Assembly (NCBI RefSeq): GCF_003334305.1
Contig: NZ_QOWS01000017.1
From: Escherichia coli
GTDB taxonomy: Bacteria > Pseudomonadota > Gammaproteobacteria > Enterobacterales > Enterobacteriaceae
DNA: 64,000 nt
Direction: 5' to 3' (one strand)
The notes under the pieces were generated by a model. The model was given only the letters and a program-made list of their open reading frames with translations. It did not search any database and was not told the origin of the DNA. This document shows, piece by piece, positions 11,362 through 20,461 of this stretch. Each line of letters begins with the position of its first letter. Position 1 is the first letter of the stretch. The position numbers and the translations under genes are program-made.

Positions 11362-11609
11362 CACATTCTCCATTGATTCTTCGTCATATCGCACATTTTC
11401 GTTATGCCCTGGGCCCTAAGTGTATCAAAAACAGCAAGGGCGAAGGCAAAAGCACTGGTAGCGTCTGCTTCGTTGTCCCCGAAAATAGAGAGGTTTCAGT
11501 CCTGCATTATTAATGAATTTTTTGCATAAGTGATATCAAAATCCACGTACTAATTTGAGGTTACGTTTTAACGTAGACTCATTGTTCATGCCTAATGGAG
11601 GGACTGACA

Positions 11610-12479
11610 GTGGAATTTTCCGTATTAAGTAACAATCTGAAAATGTCGATGATGGGATTTGGTGTTTTTCAGGTTACCGATAAAAACGTGTGCAAACAGT
11701 CAGTGTTGAACGCTATCCGCACAGGTTATCGACTCATCGACACTGCAGCGGTATACGGTAATGAAGATGCCGTCGGTGAAGCCGTTCGTGAAGCTATATC
11801 TGAAGGTTTATGTACCCGAGATGAGTTATTTATAACGTCTAAATTGTGGGTGCAGGATATGTTGAATCAGGATACGGCAGCAGCAGGTATTGAAGCATCA
11901 TTAAAAAAATCGGGACTAGAGTACTTCGACCTCTATTTATTGCACCAGGCTATGCGCGATTATTTCAGTGCGTGGCGTGCACTCGAAGATGCCTATGAAG
12001 AGGGCAAATTAAAAGCAATTGGGGTTTCCAATTTCTATCCTCATGTTCTGGCGAACTTTTGTGAAACGGTAAGAGTTAAACCGATGGTCAACCAGGTCGA
12101 GTTGCATCCCTATTTTGCCCAACCAGAGGCGCTGGCAACCATGAAGTATTATAACGTGCAGCCTGAAGCATGGGCTCCGTTAGGTGGTGGACGACATAAA
12201 CCCTTTGAAAATAATCTGCTTCAGAGTATTGCAGATGCCCATCAAAAATCGATTTCTCAAGTCATTCTGCGTTGGAATATTCAACGGGGAGTGGTCGTTA
12301 TTCCGAAATCGACACATCAACAGCGTATCGAAGAAAATTTTGCTATCTGGGATTTCTCACTGACAGAGAAAGAAATGGCACAAATTAGTTCGCTTGATTT
12401 GGGTTATGTTGGGGAGTCGGTAAAACATTTTAATCCTGAATTTGTTCGTGGTTGTCTTGCTGTAAAAATACATGATTGA
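11610..12479 (+). CDS. aldo-keto reductase (DkgA/YvgN-like 2,5-diketogluconate/aldehyde reductase family)
   Basis: AKR hallmarks are present: ..LSNNLKMSMMGFGVFQV.., IDTAAVYGNE, LFITSKLW, QVELHPYF, VIPKS. The likely start is GTG 11610 after TGGAGGGA; the track ORF starts at ATG 11595. I believe K-12 keeps only a fragment here (ykgQ pseudogene), from memory. Confidence 0.85.
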   Translation: MEFSVLSNNLKMSMMGFGVFQVTDKNVCKQSVLNAIRTGYRLIDTAAVYGNEDAVGEAVREAISEGLCTRDELFITSKLWVQDMLNQDTAAAGIEASLKKSGLEYFDLYLLHQAMRDYFSAWRALEDAYEEGKLKAIGVSNFYPHVLANFCETVRVKPMVNQVELHPYFAQPEALATMKYYNVQPEAWAPLGGGRHKPFENNLLQSIADAHQKSISQVILRWNIQRGVVVIPKSTHQQRIEENFAIWDFSLTEKEMAQISSLDLGYVGESVKHFNPEFVRGCLAVKIHD

Positions 12480-12567
12480 TATTAATCATATATTTTACCT
12501 GAGACGACAAGAATCTTTTAACAGGGGAGTGATATTGATCTTCACTCTGTCATATCTCCGGTAATAT

Positions 12568-12605
12568 GGCGTCAGGCTTCATCATCAGAAAGGGGGCCTG
12601 ACGCC
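12568..12605. other. strong hairpin between the convergent AKR gene and rclC
   Basis: GGCGTCAGGC ... GCCTGACGCC gives a 10-bp perfect stem with an 18-nt loop. There is no canonical U-tract on either strand, so terminator function is uncertain. Confidence 0.4.
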
Positions 12606-12638
12606 TGAAAAAGTGAACAACAGACAGTGTTCGGATTA

Positions 12639-13232
12639 TCAATATTCAGTTTTTAACGTTGAACTGGATTCATTACTGCGTTGTTTAAGAATTTCCCGCG
12701 CCGAATCTGCCATTATCATGACAGCACCTGCCAGCATCAGAGTATCTTTCAATACCAGGCGACCAGCACCGGATAAATAAGGGAAACCATGATGAGCGTC
12801 ACCCAATGCGGGTACCCATGCCTCCGGGGTGGTGATTAAAAATGAGAGTGTTACCAGCGGCGTGGTAAATGCCATCAGTCCTCCCAATAAACCTAACCAG
12901 CGATTGACAGGATTAGCCAAAACCAGCAGAGCAATAATCACCTCCACGACGCCAAGACCGTTGGAAAAACCATAGGTATTATTGGCCGTTTGCCATGCCC
13001 TTGCTTCTGGTTTGTATTCGCCTTCGTGAGTCAGATACTGTTTATAGTCTTCCGGGTGTTCATAAAAGAACGACATTAGTGGACTGTTTGCGACGAATGG
13101 TGTAATGCTGTCTGCCTCGTAAGGGACAAACTTTAATAACCCAATCCACATAAAAACAATTGCAATACTCAGACGAATCAATGTCAGGCCAATTTTATCT
13201 CCCCGACTTAACAGGTGCAGGTATTTTTCCAT
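12639..13232 (-). CDS. rclC: reactive-chlorine resistance inner-membrane protein RclC (YkgB, DUF417)
   Basis: MEKYLHLLSRGDKIGLTLIRLSIAIVFMWIGLLKF... gives 197 aa from the ATG at 13232. It is a polytopic membrane protein and the last gene of rclABC. Confidence 0.9.
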   Translation of the reverse strand: MEKYLHLLSRGDKIGLTLIRLSIAIVFMWIGLLKFVPYEADSITPFVANSPLMSFFYEHPEDYKQYLTHEGEYKPEARAWQTANNTYGFSNGLGVVEVIIALLVLANPVNRWLGLLGGLMAFTTPLVTLSFLITTPEAWVPALGDAHHGFPYLSGAGRLVLKDTLMLAGAVMIMADSAREILKQRSNESSSTLKTEY

Positions 13233-13243
13233 TGTGAACATCC

Positions 13244-13480
13244 TTATTTATACAATACTGCTGTTGCGGTTGAATTATTATCAATTCGCATCGATGTGAC
13301 TTTCCAGGATGAAGCATTATATTTTCTGGCTATATCAGCAATGGTATCCTCCAGAACTGTCGGTGATGCTGATACTGACGAGACGCTGATATGTTTCAGA
13401 ATTATTTTATCATCTGCATTGGTGGAAAATGCCATAACGCCAGATAATAGTGTTGCAAATAAAACAGATTTTTTAAACAT
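13244..13480 (-). CDS. rclB: periplasmic DUF1471 protein RclB (YkgI)
   Basis: MFKKSVLFATLLSGVMAFSTNA signal peptide followed by a DUF1471-type body ending ..TATAVLYK. 78 aa. Confidence 0.88.
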   Translation of the reverse strand: MFKKSVLFATLLSGVMAFSTNADDKIILKHISVSSVSASPTVLEDTIADIARKYNASSWKVTSMRIDNNSTATAVLYK

Positions 13481-13588
13481 ATAAAATACCATCAATGAAG
13501 TGATTAAGAAGTTATAGAGTAACAGGGAATTAATAAGATTCTTTTCTCTGAGACGCCAGAATATTTGTTCTTGCGTCTGATTTTGAGT

Positions 13589-14914
13589 TTATTTGACTAA
13601 TGAAAATAGATCATTGAGTGATTCGCTCATCGACGGATGAGTAAATATCTGATCGCGTAATATGCTATAAGGCAGCCCGGCATCCATCACCATTTTCACT
13701 ATATTGATCATCTCGTGGGAGTCAACACACAGCAGTGATGCCCCTAATATACGTTGGGTTTTATTATCAACAATCGCTTTTAATACCCCACGAGTATCAT
13801 TCATCACTCTGGCACGCGGAATTGCAGCTACAGGCAATGTCACCACCTGAATATCAGCACCACTCTCTCTGGCCTGTTCTTCTGTCATACCAACCCTGGA
13901 CAGTGGCGGTGTCATGAATACGGAATAAGGCACATTTTTCCGATCATCAGTACTACGTCTGCCTTCTCCCAGCAACTCATCACGCACAATGCGGTAATCA
14001 TCCAGTGAAATATAAGTAAATTGCAGCCCGCCGGTAACATCTCCCATCGCCCAAATATTGTCTGCGGTGGTATGTAATTGCTTGTCAACGACAATTGCCC
14101 CGCGCTCGTTTACTGCGATACCGGCATTTTCTGGATGTAACGAAGCGGTAGCCGGTTGACGACCGGAAGCTATTAACAGTGCATCCACCGCCAGTTGGGC
14201 GTGCTCGCTATGCACTTGCACTTGATTTTCATTGTGACTGATTCGCTCCACATGGGCATTGAGGATAATATCGACGCCCTGATCGCGTAAAATCGTCGCG
14301 ATATTATCAGCAATATCCCGATCTTCCCGAGGCAAAAACAGCGAAGCTGCTTCTAAAATGGTTACCTTGCTGCCAAAATTAGCGAACATAGAGGCGAACT
14401 CAACGCCAATATATCCGCCGCCCAAAATACCTAAATGCCCAGGCAATTCTTTTAGATTAAGTAATCCGGTGCTGTCATATACACCAGGCGTGGTGGTAAT
14501 TCCAGGAATTGGCGGAACCACGGTTTGTGCACCGGTATTAATAAAAATTTTCTCGCCATGAATTTCCAGATTTCCCTCAGGCCGATGAACACGCAGGCTA
14601 TGATTATTGATAAACTCCGCCTGGCCGTCGATCACGTCGATATTGGGCATATCCGCAAGATTATGAAAATTCTTATTACGTAAAAAATTAACCACTTCAT
14701 TTTTACGCTGTATGGCACGGACAAAATCTGTGTGCTGCTGTGCGTCATGAACCAATGTTTTGGTTGGGATGCAGCCGATATTAATACAGGTCCCGCCATA
14801 CATTGCATTTGATTGTTCGATGAGAGCCACTCGCCAACCTGCTTTTGCCAGCGTGACGGCTAATGTTTTTCCAGCCTTGCCAAAACCAATAATCACTGCC
14901 TGATATTTATTCAT
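13589..14914 (-). CDS. rclA: flavoprotein pyridine-nucleotide-disulfide oxidoreductase RclA (YkgC)
   Basis: MNKYQAVIIGFGKAGKTLA is a Rossmann FAD motif. GGTCINIGCIPTK is the redox-active CxxxxC. 441 aa from the ATG at 14914. Confidence 0.93.
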   Translation of the reverse strand: MNKYQAVIIGFGKAGKTLAVTLAKAGWRVALIEQSNAMYGGTCINIGCIPTKTLVHDAQQHTDFVRAIQRKNEVVNFLRNKNFHNLADMPNIDVIDGQAEFINNHSLRVHRPEGNLEIHGEKIFINTGAQTVVPPIPGITTTPGVYDSTGLLNLKELPGHLGILGGGYIGVEFASMFANFGSKVTILEAASLFLPREDRDIADNIATILRDQGVDIILNAHVERISHNENQVQVHSEHAQLAVDALLIASGRQPATASLHPENAGIAVNERGAIVVDKQLHTTADNIWAMGDVTGGLQFTYISLDDYRIVRDELLGEGRRSTDDRKNVPYSVFMTPPLSRVGMTEEQARESGADIQVVTLPVAAIPRARVMNDTRGVLKAIVDNKTQRILGASLLCVDSHEMINIVKMVMDAGLPYSILRDQIFTHPSMSESLNDLFSLVK

Positions 14915-15139
14915 GATGATTTCCTGTCGAAACGCGTTCATTTGACATCATGACTATAGACGCAAAAGAGCAAATACCATTTCTTCACAACGCTTGATAT
15001 TTTGTCTTATCGTCTGGTATTTTCTTTTTCTTAATCAGAATCACAAAACAAAAATCATGATTAACCATTTGATGGTATTAGATTAGTTATTTACTAAGAT
15101 TGTTGGTGTTTGTAATCAAAAACCACTCAGGAGTCTGAT

Positions 15140-15994
15140 ATGGATGCCCTTAGCCGTTTGTTGATGCTTAACGCTCCACAAGGAACGATCGATAAGAATT
15201 GCGTGTTAGGAAGTGACTGGCAGCTTCCACATGGTGCCGGGGAATTATCGGTTATTCGTTGGCATGCGTTAACGCAAGGAGCGGCGAAGCTGGAAATGCC
15301 GACGGGAGAGATTTTTACATTACGCCCGGGAAATGTGGTCCTGCTACCACAAAATTCAGCTCATCGCCTGAGTCATGTCGATAATGAATCGACCTGTATT
15401 GTCTGCGGCACTCTTCGGTTGCAACATTCGGCGCGTTATTTTTTAACGTCTTTGCCGGAAACGCTGTTTTTAGCACCGGTTAACCACAGCGTGGAATATA
15501 ACTGGCTGAGGGAGGCGATCCCGTTTTTACAACAGGAATCCAGATCGGCGATGCCGGGAGTGGATGCACTGTGTAGCCAGATCTGCGCTACATTCTTTAC
15601 CCTCGCGGTGCGTGAGTGGATTGCACAGGTTAATACTGAGAAAAACATTCTCAGTTTGCTTCTGCATCCACGTCTTGGTGCGGTAATACAGCAAATGCTG
15701 GAAATGCCAGGACACGCCTGGACCGTCGAATCGCTGGCCAGCATCGCTCACATGTCCCGGGCAAGTTTTGCCCAGCTTTTCCGTGATGTTTCCGGAACCA
15801 CGCCGCTGGCTGTATTAACAAAGTTGCGTCTACAAATAGCGGCCCAGATGTTTTCCCGGGAAATGCTCCCTGTTGTGGTGATCGCTGAGTCAGTAGGCTA
15901 TGCCAGTGAATCATCTTTTCACAAGGCGTTTGTCCGCGAGTTTGGTTGTACTCCGGGAGAATATCGGGAAAGGGTCAGACAGCTTGCACCCTGA
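15140..15994 (+). CDS. rclR: AraC-family redox-sensing activator RclR (YkgD)
   Basis: 284 aa with an N-terminal cupin-like domain and a C-terminal AraC HTH pair (..SLASIAHMSRASFAQLFRDVSGTTP.. / ..IAESVGYASESSFHKAFVREFGCTPGEYR). It is divergent from rclABC. Confidence 0.92.
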   Translation: MDALSRLLMLNAPQGTIDKNCVLGSDWQLPHGAGELSVIRWHALTQGAAKLEMPTGEIFTLRPGNVVLLPQNSAHRLSHVDNESTCIVCGTLRLQHSARYFLTSLPETLFLAPVNHSVEYNWLREAIPFLQQESRSAMPGVDALCSQICATFFTLAVREWIAQVNTEKNILSLLLHPRLGAVIQQMLEMPGHAWTVESLASIAHMSRASFAQLFRDVSGTTPLAVLTKLRLQIAAQMFSREMLPVVVIAESVGYASESSFHKAFVREFGCTPGEYRERVRQLAP

Positions 15995-16521
15995 ATAAAA
16001 CCGCCAGAAATCAGGGCAAAGATAATCCGCATTCCGGGAGTTGTGAGCCTTTCAACTATTTCTATTTCCAACGGTGGTTTGGGCTTTATATATTTTTTTT
16101 CTGATGGACTCTAGCTCAGTTTTTAAATAAAAATGCAAACTAAATTGCTTCAATTAAATAAAACCCCGACTATTACTTGATACGTGATTATTGTCGGTGA
16201 TTTTTTTGTACACCATCAGTGTATATCTCAATAACCCCTGAATAAGTAGCTCTGAATAGGTATAAGGGATGTAGCCTTTTTAAATGGATTTCTTATGCCA
16301 AAAATGAACGTCGATTTCCCCATAAAATGTGAGCGATGCCGAAAGAAATAAAATTAGTTATTGCATTTGAAGTTTGGATGAAAGATCATCATTTGTCATA
16401 CAAATGAGGGGTGGTATGTTGCTAGCCAATTAAAAAAGAACGCCATATTTATTGATGATTGATCCCCCGGTGGGGGGGAAACATCGGGCATAAATGGGCA
16501 TGAAGTAATGGAGTATTAGTT

Positions 16522-17241
16522 GTGAATGTCAATTTCTTTGTCACCTGTATTGGTGACGCCCTGAAATCAAGAATGGCACGAGACTCCGTGCTGCTACTGG
16601 AAAAACTCGGCTGTCGCGTAAATTTCCCGGAGAAACAGGGATGCTGCGGTCAGCCTGCGATCAATAGCGGTTATATCAAAGAAGCGATTCCAGGGATGAA
16701 AAATCTGATCGCCGCACTGGAGGATAACGACGATCCCATTATTTCACCGGCTGGCTCTTGCACCTATGCCGTAAAAAGTTACCCGACGTATCTGGCGGAT
16801 GAACCTGAATGGGCATCACGTGCCGAAAAGGTTGCCGCGCGTATGCAGGATCTCACCTCTTTTATTGTTAATAAATTAGGGGTAGTCGATGTAGGTGCCA
16901 GTTTGCAAGGGAGAGCTGTGTATCACCCATCTTGTAGCCTGGCCCGTAAGCTGGGAGTGAAGGACGAGCCACTTACGCTGCTGAAAAATGTGCGTGGACT
17001 GGAGCTGTTGACCTTTGCTGAACAGGATACCTGCTGCGGATTTGGCGGCACGTTCTCGGTCAAAATGGCCGAAATATCCGGCGAGATGGTGAAAGAAAAG
17101 GTTGTGCACCTGATGGAAGTCCGCCCTGAGTATTTAATTGGTGCTGACGTGAGTTGCCTGCTGAACATCAGTGGGCGATTACAACGGGAAGGGCAGAAAG
17201 TCAAAGTGATGCATATTGCTGAAGTGTTGATGAGCCGCTGA
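16522..17241 (+). CDS. ykgE: LutA-like Fe-S oxidoreductase subunit (CCG-domain) YkgE
   Basis: 239 aa with a GTG start. Two cysteine-rich CCG motifs are present (..KQGCCGQPA.., ..EQDTCCGFGG..). Confidence 0.9.
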   Translation: MNVNFFVTCIGDALKSRMARDSVLLLEKLGCRVNFPEKQGCCGQPAINSGYIKEAIPGMKNLIAALEDNDDPIISPAGSCTYAVKSYPTYLADEPEWASRAEKVAARMQDLTSFIVNKLGVVDVGASLQGRAVYHPSCSLARKLGVKDEPLTLLKNVRGLELLTFAEQDTCCGFGGTFSVKMAEISGEMVKEKVVHLMEVRPEYLIGADVSCLLNISGRLQREGQKVKVMHIAEVLMSR

Positions 17242-17251
17242 GGATATAAAG

Positions 17252-18679
17252 ATGTCGATCAAAACCAGTAATACAGATTTTAAGACACGCATCCGTCAGC
17301 AAATTGAAGATCCGATCATGCGCAAAGCGGTGGCAAACGCGCAGCAGCGTATTGGGGCAAATCGGCAAAAAATGGTCGATGAATTGGGGCACTGGGAGGA
17401 GTGGCGCGATCGGGCCGCCCAGATACGTGATCATGTTCTGAGTAATCTCGACGCTTATCTGTACCAGCTCTCAGAAAAAGTGACGCAAAACGGCGGTCAC
17501 GTCTGGTTTGCAAAAACCAAAGAAGACGCTACCCGCTACATTTTACAGGTTGCCCAACGCAAAAATGCCCGGAAGGTGGTGAAATCTAAATCGATGGTGA
17601 CCGAAGAGATTGGTGTCAATCATGTGTTGCAGGATGCTGGCATTCAGGTGATTGAAACCGATCTGGGTGAATATATTCTCCAGCTGGATCAAGATCCGCC
17701 ATCTCATGTTGTGGTCCCGGCAATTCATAAAGATCGCCATCAGATCCGTCGAGTGCTACACGAACGTCTGGGCTATGAGGGGCCGGAAACGCCTGAAGCG
17801 ATGACCTTATTCATCCGGCAAAAAATCCGCGAAGATTTCCTCAGTGCTGAAATAGGTATTACCGGCTGTAATTTCGCGGTGGCAGAGACAGGTTCGGTAT
17901 GCCTGGTGACCAATGAAGGTAATGCGCGAATGTGTACCACGCTGCCTAAAACGCATATTGCAGTGATGGGAATGGAGCGTATTGCCCCCACGTTTGCCGA
18001 GGTAGATGTATTGATCACCATGCTGGCGCGCAGTGCCGTTGGTGCACGTTTGACGGGATACAACACCTGGCTGACAGGACCGCGCGAAGCGGGGCACGTT
18101 GATGGTCCTGAAGAGTTTCATCTGGTTATTGTCGATAACGGGCGTTCTGAGGTGCTGGCCTCTGAATTTCGGGATGTGCTGCGCTGTATTCGCTGCGGGG
18201 CTTGTATGAATACTTGTCCGGCATATCGCCATATTGGCGGTCATGGATATGGCTCTATTTATCCAGGGCCAATTGGTGCGGTGATTTCTCCGCTACTTGG
18301 CGGCTATAAAGATTTTAAAGATTTACCCTACGCCTGCTCTTTATGCACTGCTTGTGACAGCGTGTGTCCGGTGCGTATTCCGCTGTCAAAACTGATTTTG
18401 CGTCATCGTCGGGTGATGGCTGAAAAAGGGATCACCGCAAAAGCAGAGCAACGGGCGATAAAAATGTTCGCTTATGCCAATAGTCATCCAGGATTGTGGA
18501 AAGTCGGGATGATGGCCGGTGCTCATGCGGCAAGCTGGTTTATCAATGGCGGCAAAACACCACTCAAATTTGGCGCAATTAGCGACTGGATGGAAGCACG
18601 CGATCTTCCTGAAGCTGACGGAGAGAGTTTCCGTAGTTGGTTTAAGAAACATCAGGCGCAGGAGAAAAAGAATGGATAA
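17252..18679 (+). CDS. ykgF: LutB-like 4Fe-4S lactate-utilisation protein YkgF
   Basis: 475 aa with ferredoxin-type clusters CIRCGACMNTCP and CSLCTACDSVCP. It lies between ykgE and ykgG. Confidence 0.92.
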   Translation: MSIKTSNTDFKTRIRQQIEDPIMRKAVANAQQRIGANRQKMVDELGHWEEWRDRAAQIRDHVLSNLDAYLYQLSEKVTQNGGHVWFAKTKEDATRYILQVAQRKNARKVVKSKSMVTEEIGVNHVLQDAGIQVIETDLGEYILQLDQDPPSHVVVPAIHKDRHQIRRVLHERLGYEGPETPEAMTLFIRQKIREDFLSAEIGITGCNFAVAETGSVCLVTNEGNARMCTTLPKTHIAVMGMERIAPTFAEVDVLITMLARSAVGARLTGYNTWLTGPREAGHVDGPEEFHLVIVDNGRSEVLASEFRDVLRCIRCGACMNTCPAYRHIGGHGYGSIYPGPIGAVISPLLGGYKDFKDLPYACSLCTACDSVCPVRIPLSKLILRHRRVMAEKGITAKAEQRAIKMFAYANSHPGLWKVGMMAGAHAASWFINGGKTPLKFGAISDWMEARDLPEADGESFRSWFKKHQAQEKKNG

Positions 18680-19367
18680 TCGGAGCGAATTTTTGAATAA
18701 CGTTGCTCAGGCACTGGGTCGCCCGCTGCGACTTGAACCGCAAGCAGAAGATGCGCCGCTTAACAACTATGCTAACGAGCGGCTTACCCAACTTAACCAA
18801 CAGCAGCGCTGTGACGCGTTTATTCAGTTTGCCAGCGATGTTATGTTGACGCGCTGTGAGCTGACCAGCGAGGCGAAGGCGGCAGAAGCTGCAATACGTC
18901 TGTGTAAAGAGCTGGGAGATCAGTCGGTCATGATTAGCGGTGACACGAGGCTGGAGGAATTGGGGATTAGCGAACGTTTGCAGCAGGAATGCAATGCCGT
19001 TGTTTGGGATCCGGCGAAAGGTGCCGAGAATATCTCGCAGGCAGAGCAGGCTAAAGTGGGTGTCGTGTATGCTGAATATGGTTTAACCGAATCGGGAGGC
19101 GTGGTTCTTTTTTCCGCCGCCGAGCGCGGGCGTTCATTGAGCCTGCTCCCGGAATCTTCTCTTTTTATCCTGCGTAAAAGCACAATCCTGCCGCGTGTAG
19201 CGCAACTCGCAGAAAAATTGCATCAGAAAGCGCAGGCCGGTGAACGAATGCCGTCCTGCATTAACATCATTAGCGGCCCTAGTTCAACGGCGGATATTGA
19301 GCTTATCAAAGTCGTCGGGGTTCATGGCCCGGTGAAAGCGGTGTATCTGATTATTGAGGATTGCTGA
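18672..19367 (+). CDS. ykgG: LutC-like protein YkgG
   Basis: MDNRSEFLNNVAQALGRPLR..., 231 aa from the ATG at 18672. It overlaps the ykgF stop by 8 nt (ATGGATAA). The track ORF extends further upstream in the same frame. Confidence 0.88.
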   Translation: MDNRSEFLNNVAQALGRPLRLEPQAEDAPLNNYANERLTQLNQQQRCDAFIQFASDVMLTRCELTSEAKAAEAAIRLCKELGDQSVMISGDTRLEELGISERLQQECNAVVWDPAKGAENISQAEQAKVGVVYAEYGLTESGGVVLFSAAERGRSLSLLPESSLFILRKSTILPRVAQLAEKLHQKAQAGERMPSCINIISGPSSTADIELIKVVGVHGPVKAVYLIIEDC

Positions 19368-19473
19368 GAGAGATATGAGATCTGAACATAAACCTGAAGA
19401 AGGCATACGAGGTTGAAAATAGCGTTAAGGACAACCTGACTTAACCCCGTTCCGTCATGGTTATGCTGCTCTT

Positions 19474-19514
19474 CTGTAAATATCCTGGCATTAGTAATGC
19501 CAGGATATTTACAG
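19474..19514. terminator. bidirectional hairpin between convergent ykgG and ykgH
   Basis: CTGTAAATATCCTGGCATTA G TAATGCCAGGATATTTACAG has perfect 20-nt arms around a single central base. Confidence 0.6.
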
Positions 19515-19609
19515 TGAAAAAGACAGGCATCCATTCCTGAAAACGGGTTCCCTTCCCGGTCATTGTCACTTCAGCTTTATACAGGCACTCTCTATCAGAA
19601 TGTTGTTTA

Positions 19610-20278
19610 TTACTGCCCAGAGTTTTGTTGGTATTCATCTACCATTTTTTTGACAAGGCAAAACATTACAGAAATTACAATGCTTAGAAAAAATCCCAGA
19701 GCCAGGCAAATGGCAGCAGGGTATTTATTTTTTATTTCTGGTGAGCTTATAGTTACACAGCCATCACCGTTCGGATACAATGACCAGTTCCTGGTCAGGT
19801 ATATCATTTTTGTATAAAGCTCACTGTTAATTGCTGAAGGCGTTTGTATCTCATCGAGAACTTGCCTGCCATTATGATATTCTGACGCATACCATTTGAT
19901 AATAGAGGCCTGCACGCGAGATATTTCCTCTTCAGCAGTTGGTAAAGCTCTCTTATCTCCTGACCATTCCAGCCTTATTTCTCTGTTCTTGACATCTGGG
20001 CTGGTCTGAAAAAATGTAGTAATTCGCTGAATAACATCTTCAGTCATTGTGGTCTGACAGGCAAAATTATTATTGCTATCACAGCTAACAAGTATACCTG
20101 GCGTTGTCTGGTTTATTTTTAGGCTGTAAATCACTTTTATATTGTCTTTATTGATAAACAGAAACAACAGCACCATAGCCATACATATAGCCATAATAAA
20201 AAGGATAACACGAATCTTTTTCTTCAGATAAAATAAAATCTCAATCAGATCGATATCCTGTTTGATTTGTTCACGCAT
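19610..20278 (-). CDS. ykgH: bitopic inner-membrane protein YkgH (Wzz/PCP-like topology)
   Basis: 222 aa. The N-terminal DIDLIEILFYLKKKIRVILFIMAICMAMVLLF motif and TM1, a roughly 140-aa periplasmic region, and C-terminal TM2 (AAICLALGFFLSIVISVMFCLV) resemble a shortened chain-length-determinant fold. Confidence 0.85.
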   Translation of the reverse strand: MREQIKQDIDLIEILFYLKKKIRVILFIMAICMAMVLLFLFINKDNIKVIYSLKINQTTPGILVSCDSNNNFACQTTMTEDVIQRITTFFQTSPDVKNREIRLEWSGDKRALPTAEEEISRVQASIIKWYASEYHNGRQVLDEIQTPSAINSELYTKMIYLTRNWSLYPNGDGCVTISSPEIKNKYPAAICLALGFFLSIVISVMFCLVKKMVDEYQQNSGQ

Positions 20279-20394
20279 AATATATCCAGAAAATAAAATC
20301 TGCCGCAGATAAGGTTGTATTAATAGCCTGTATCAGGAATGTTCGGGGTAAATATCAGCAAAAAACCAGCATCATGAATACTGGATGTTTATAG

Positions 20395-20423
20395 CCTGCA
20401 GGCAGCAGTATGCTGCCTGCAGG
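20395..20423. other. GC-rich hairpin 39 bp downstream of the autotransporter stop codon
   Basis: CCTGCAGGCAGCA GTA TGCTGCCTGCAGG gives a 13-bp perfect stem and 3-nt loop with no clear U-tract. It is a possible terminator for the autotransporter gene or a displaced bet operon terminator. Confidence 0.45.
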
Positions 20424-20461
20424 GGGTATAACAGTCGACAGGGGAACCGACTGCTTTATTC

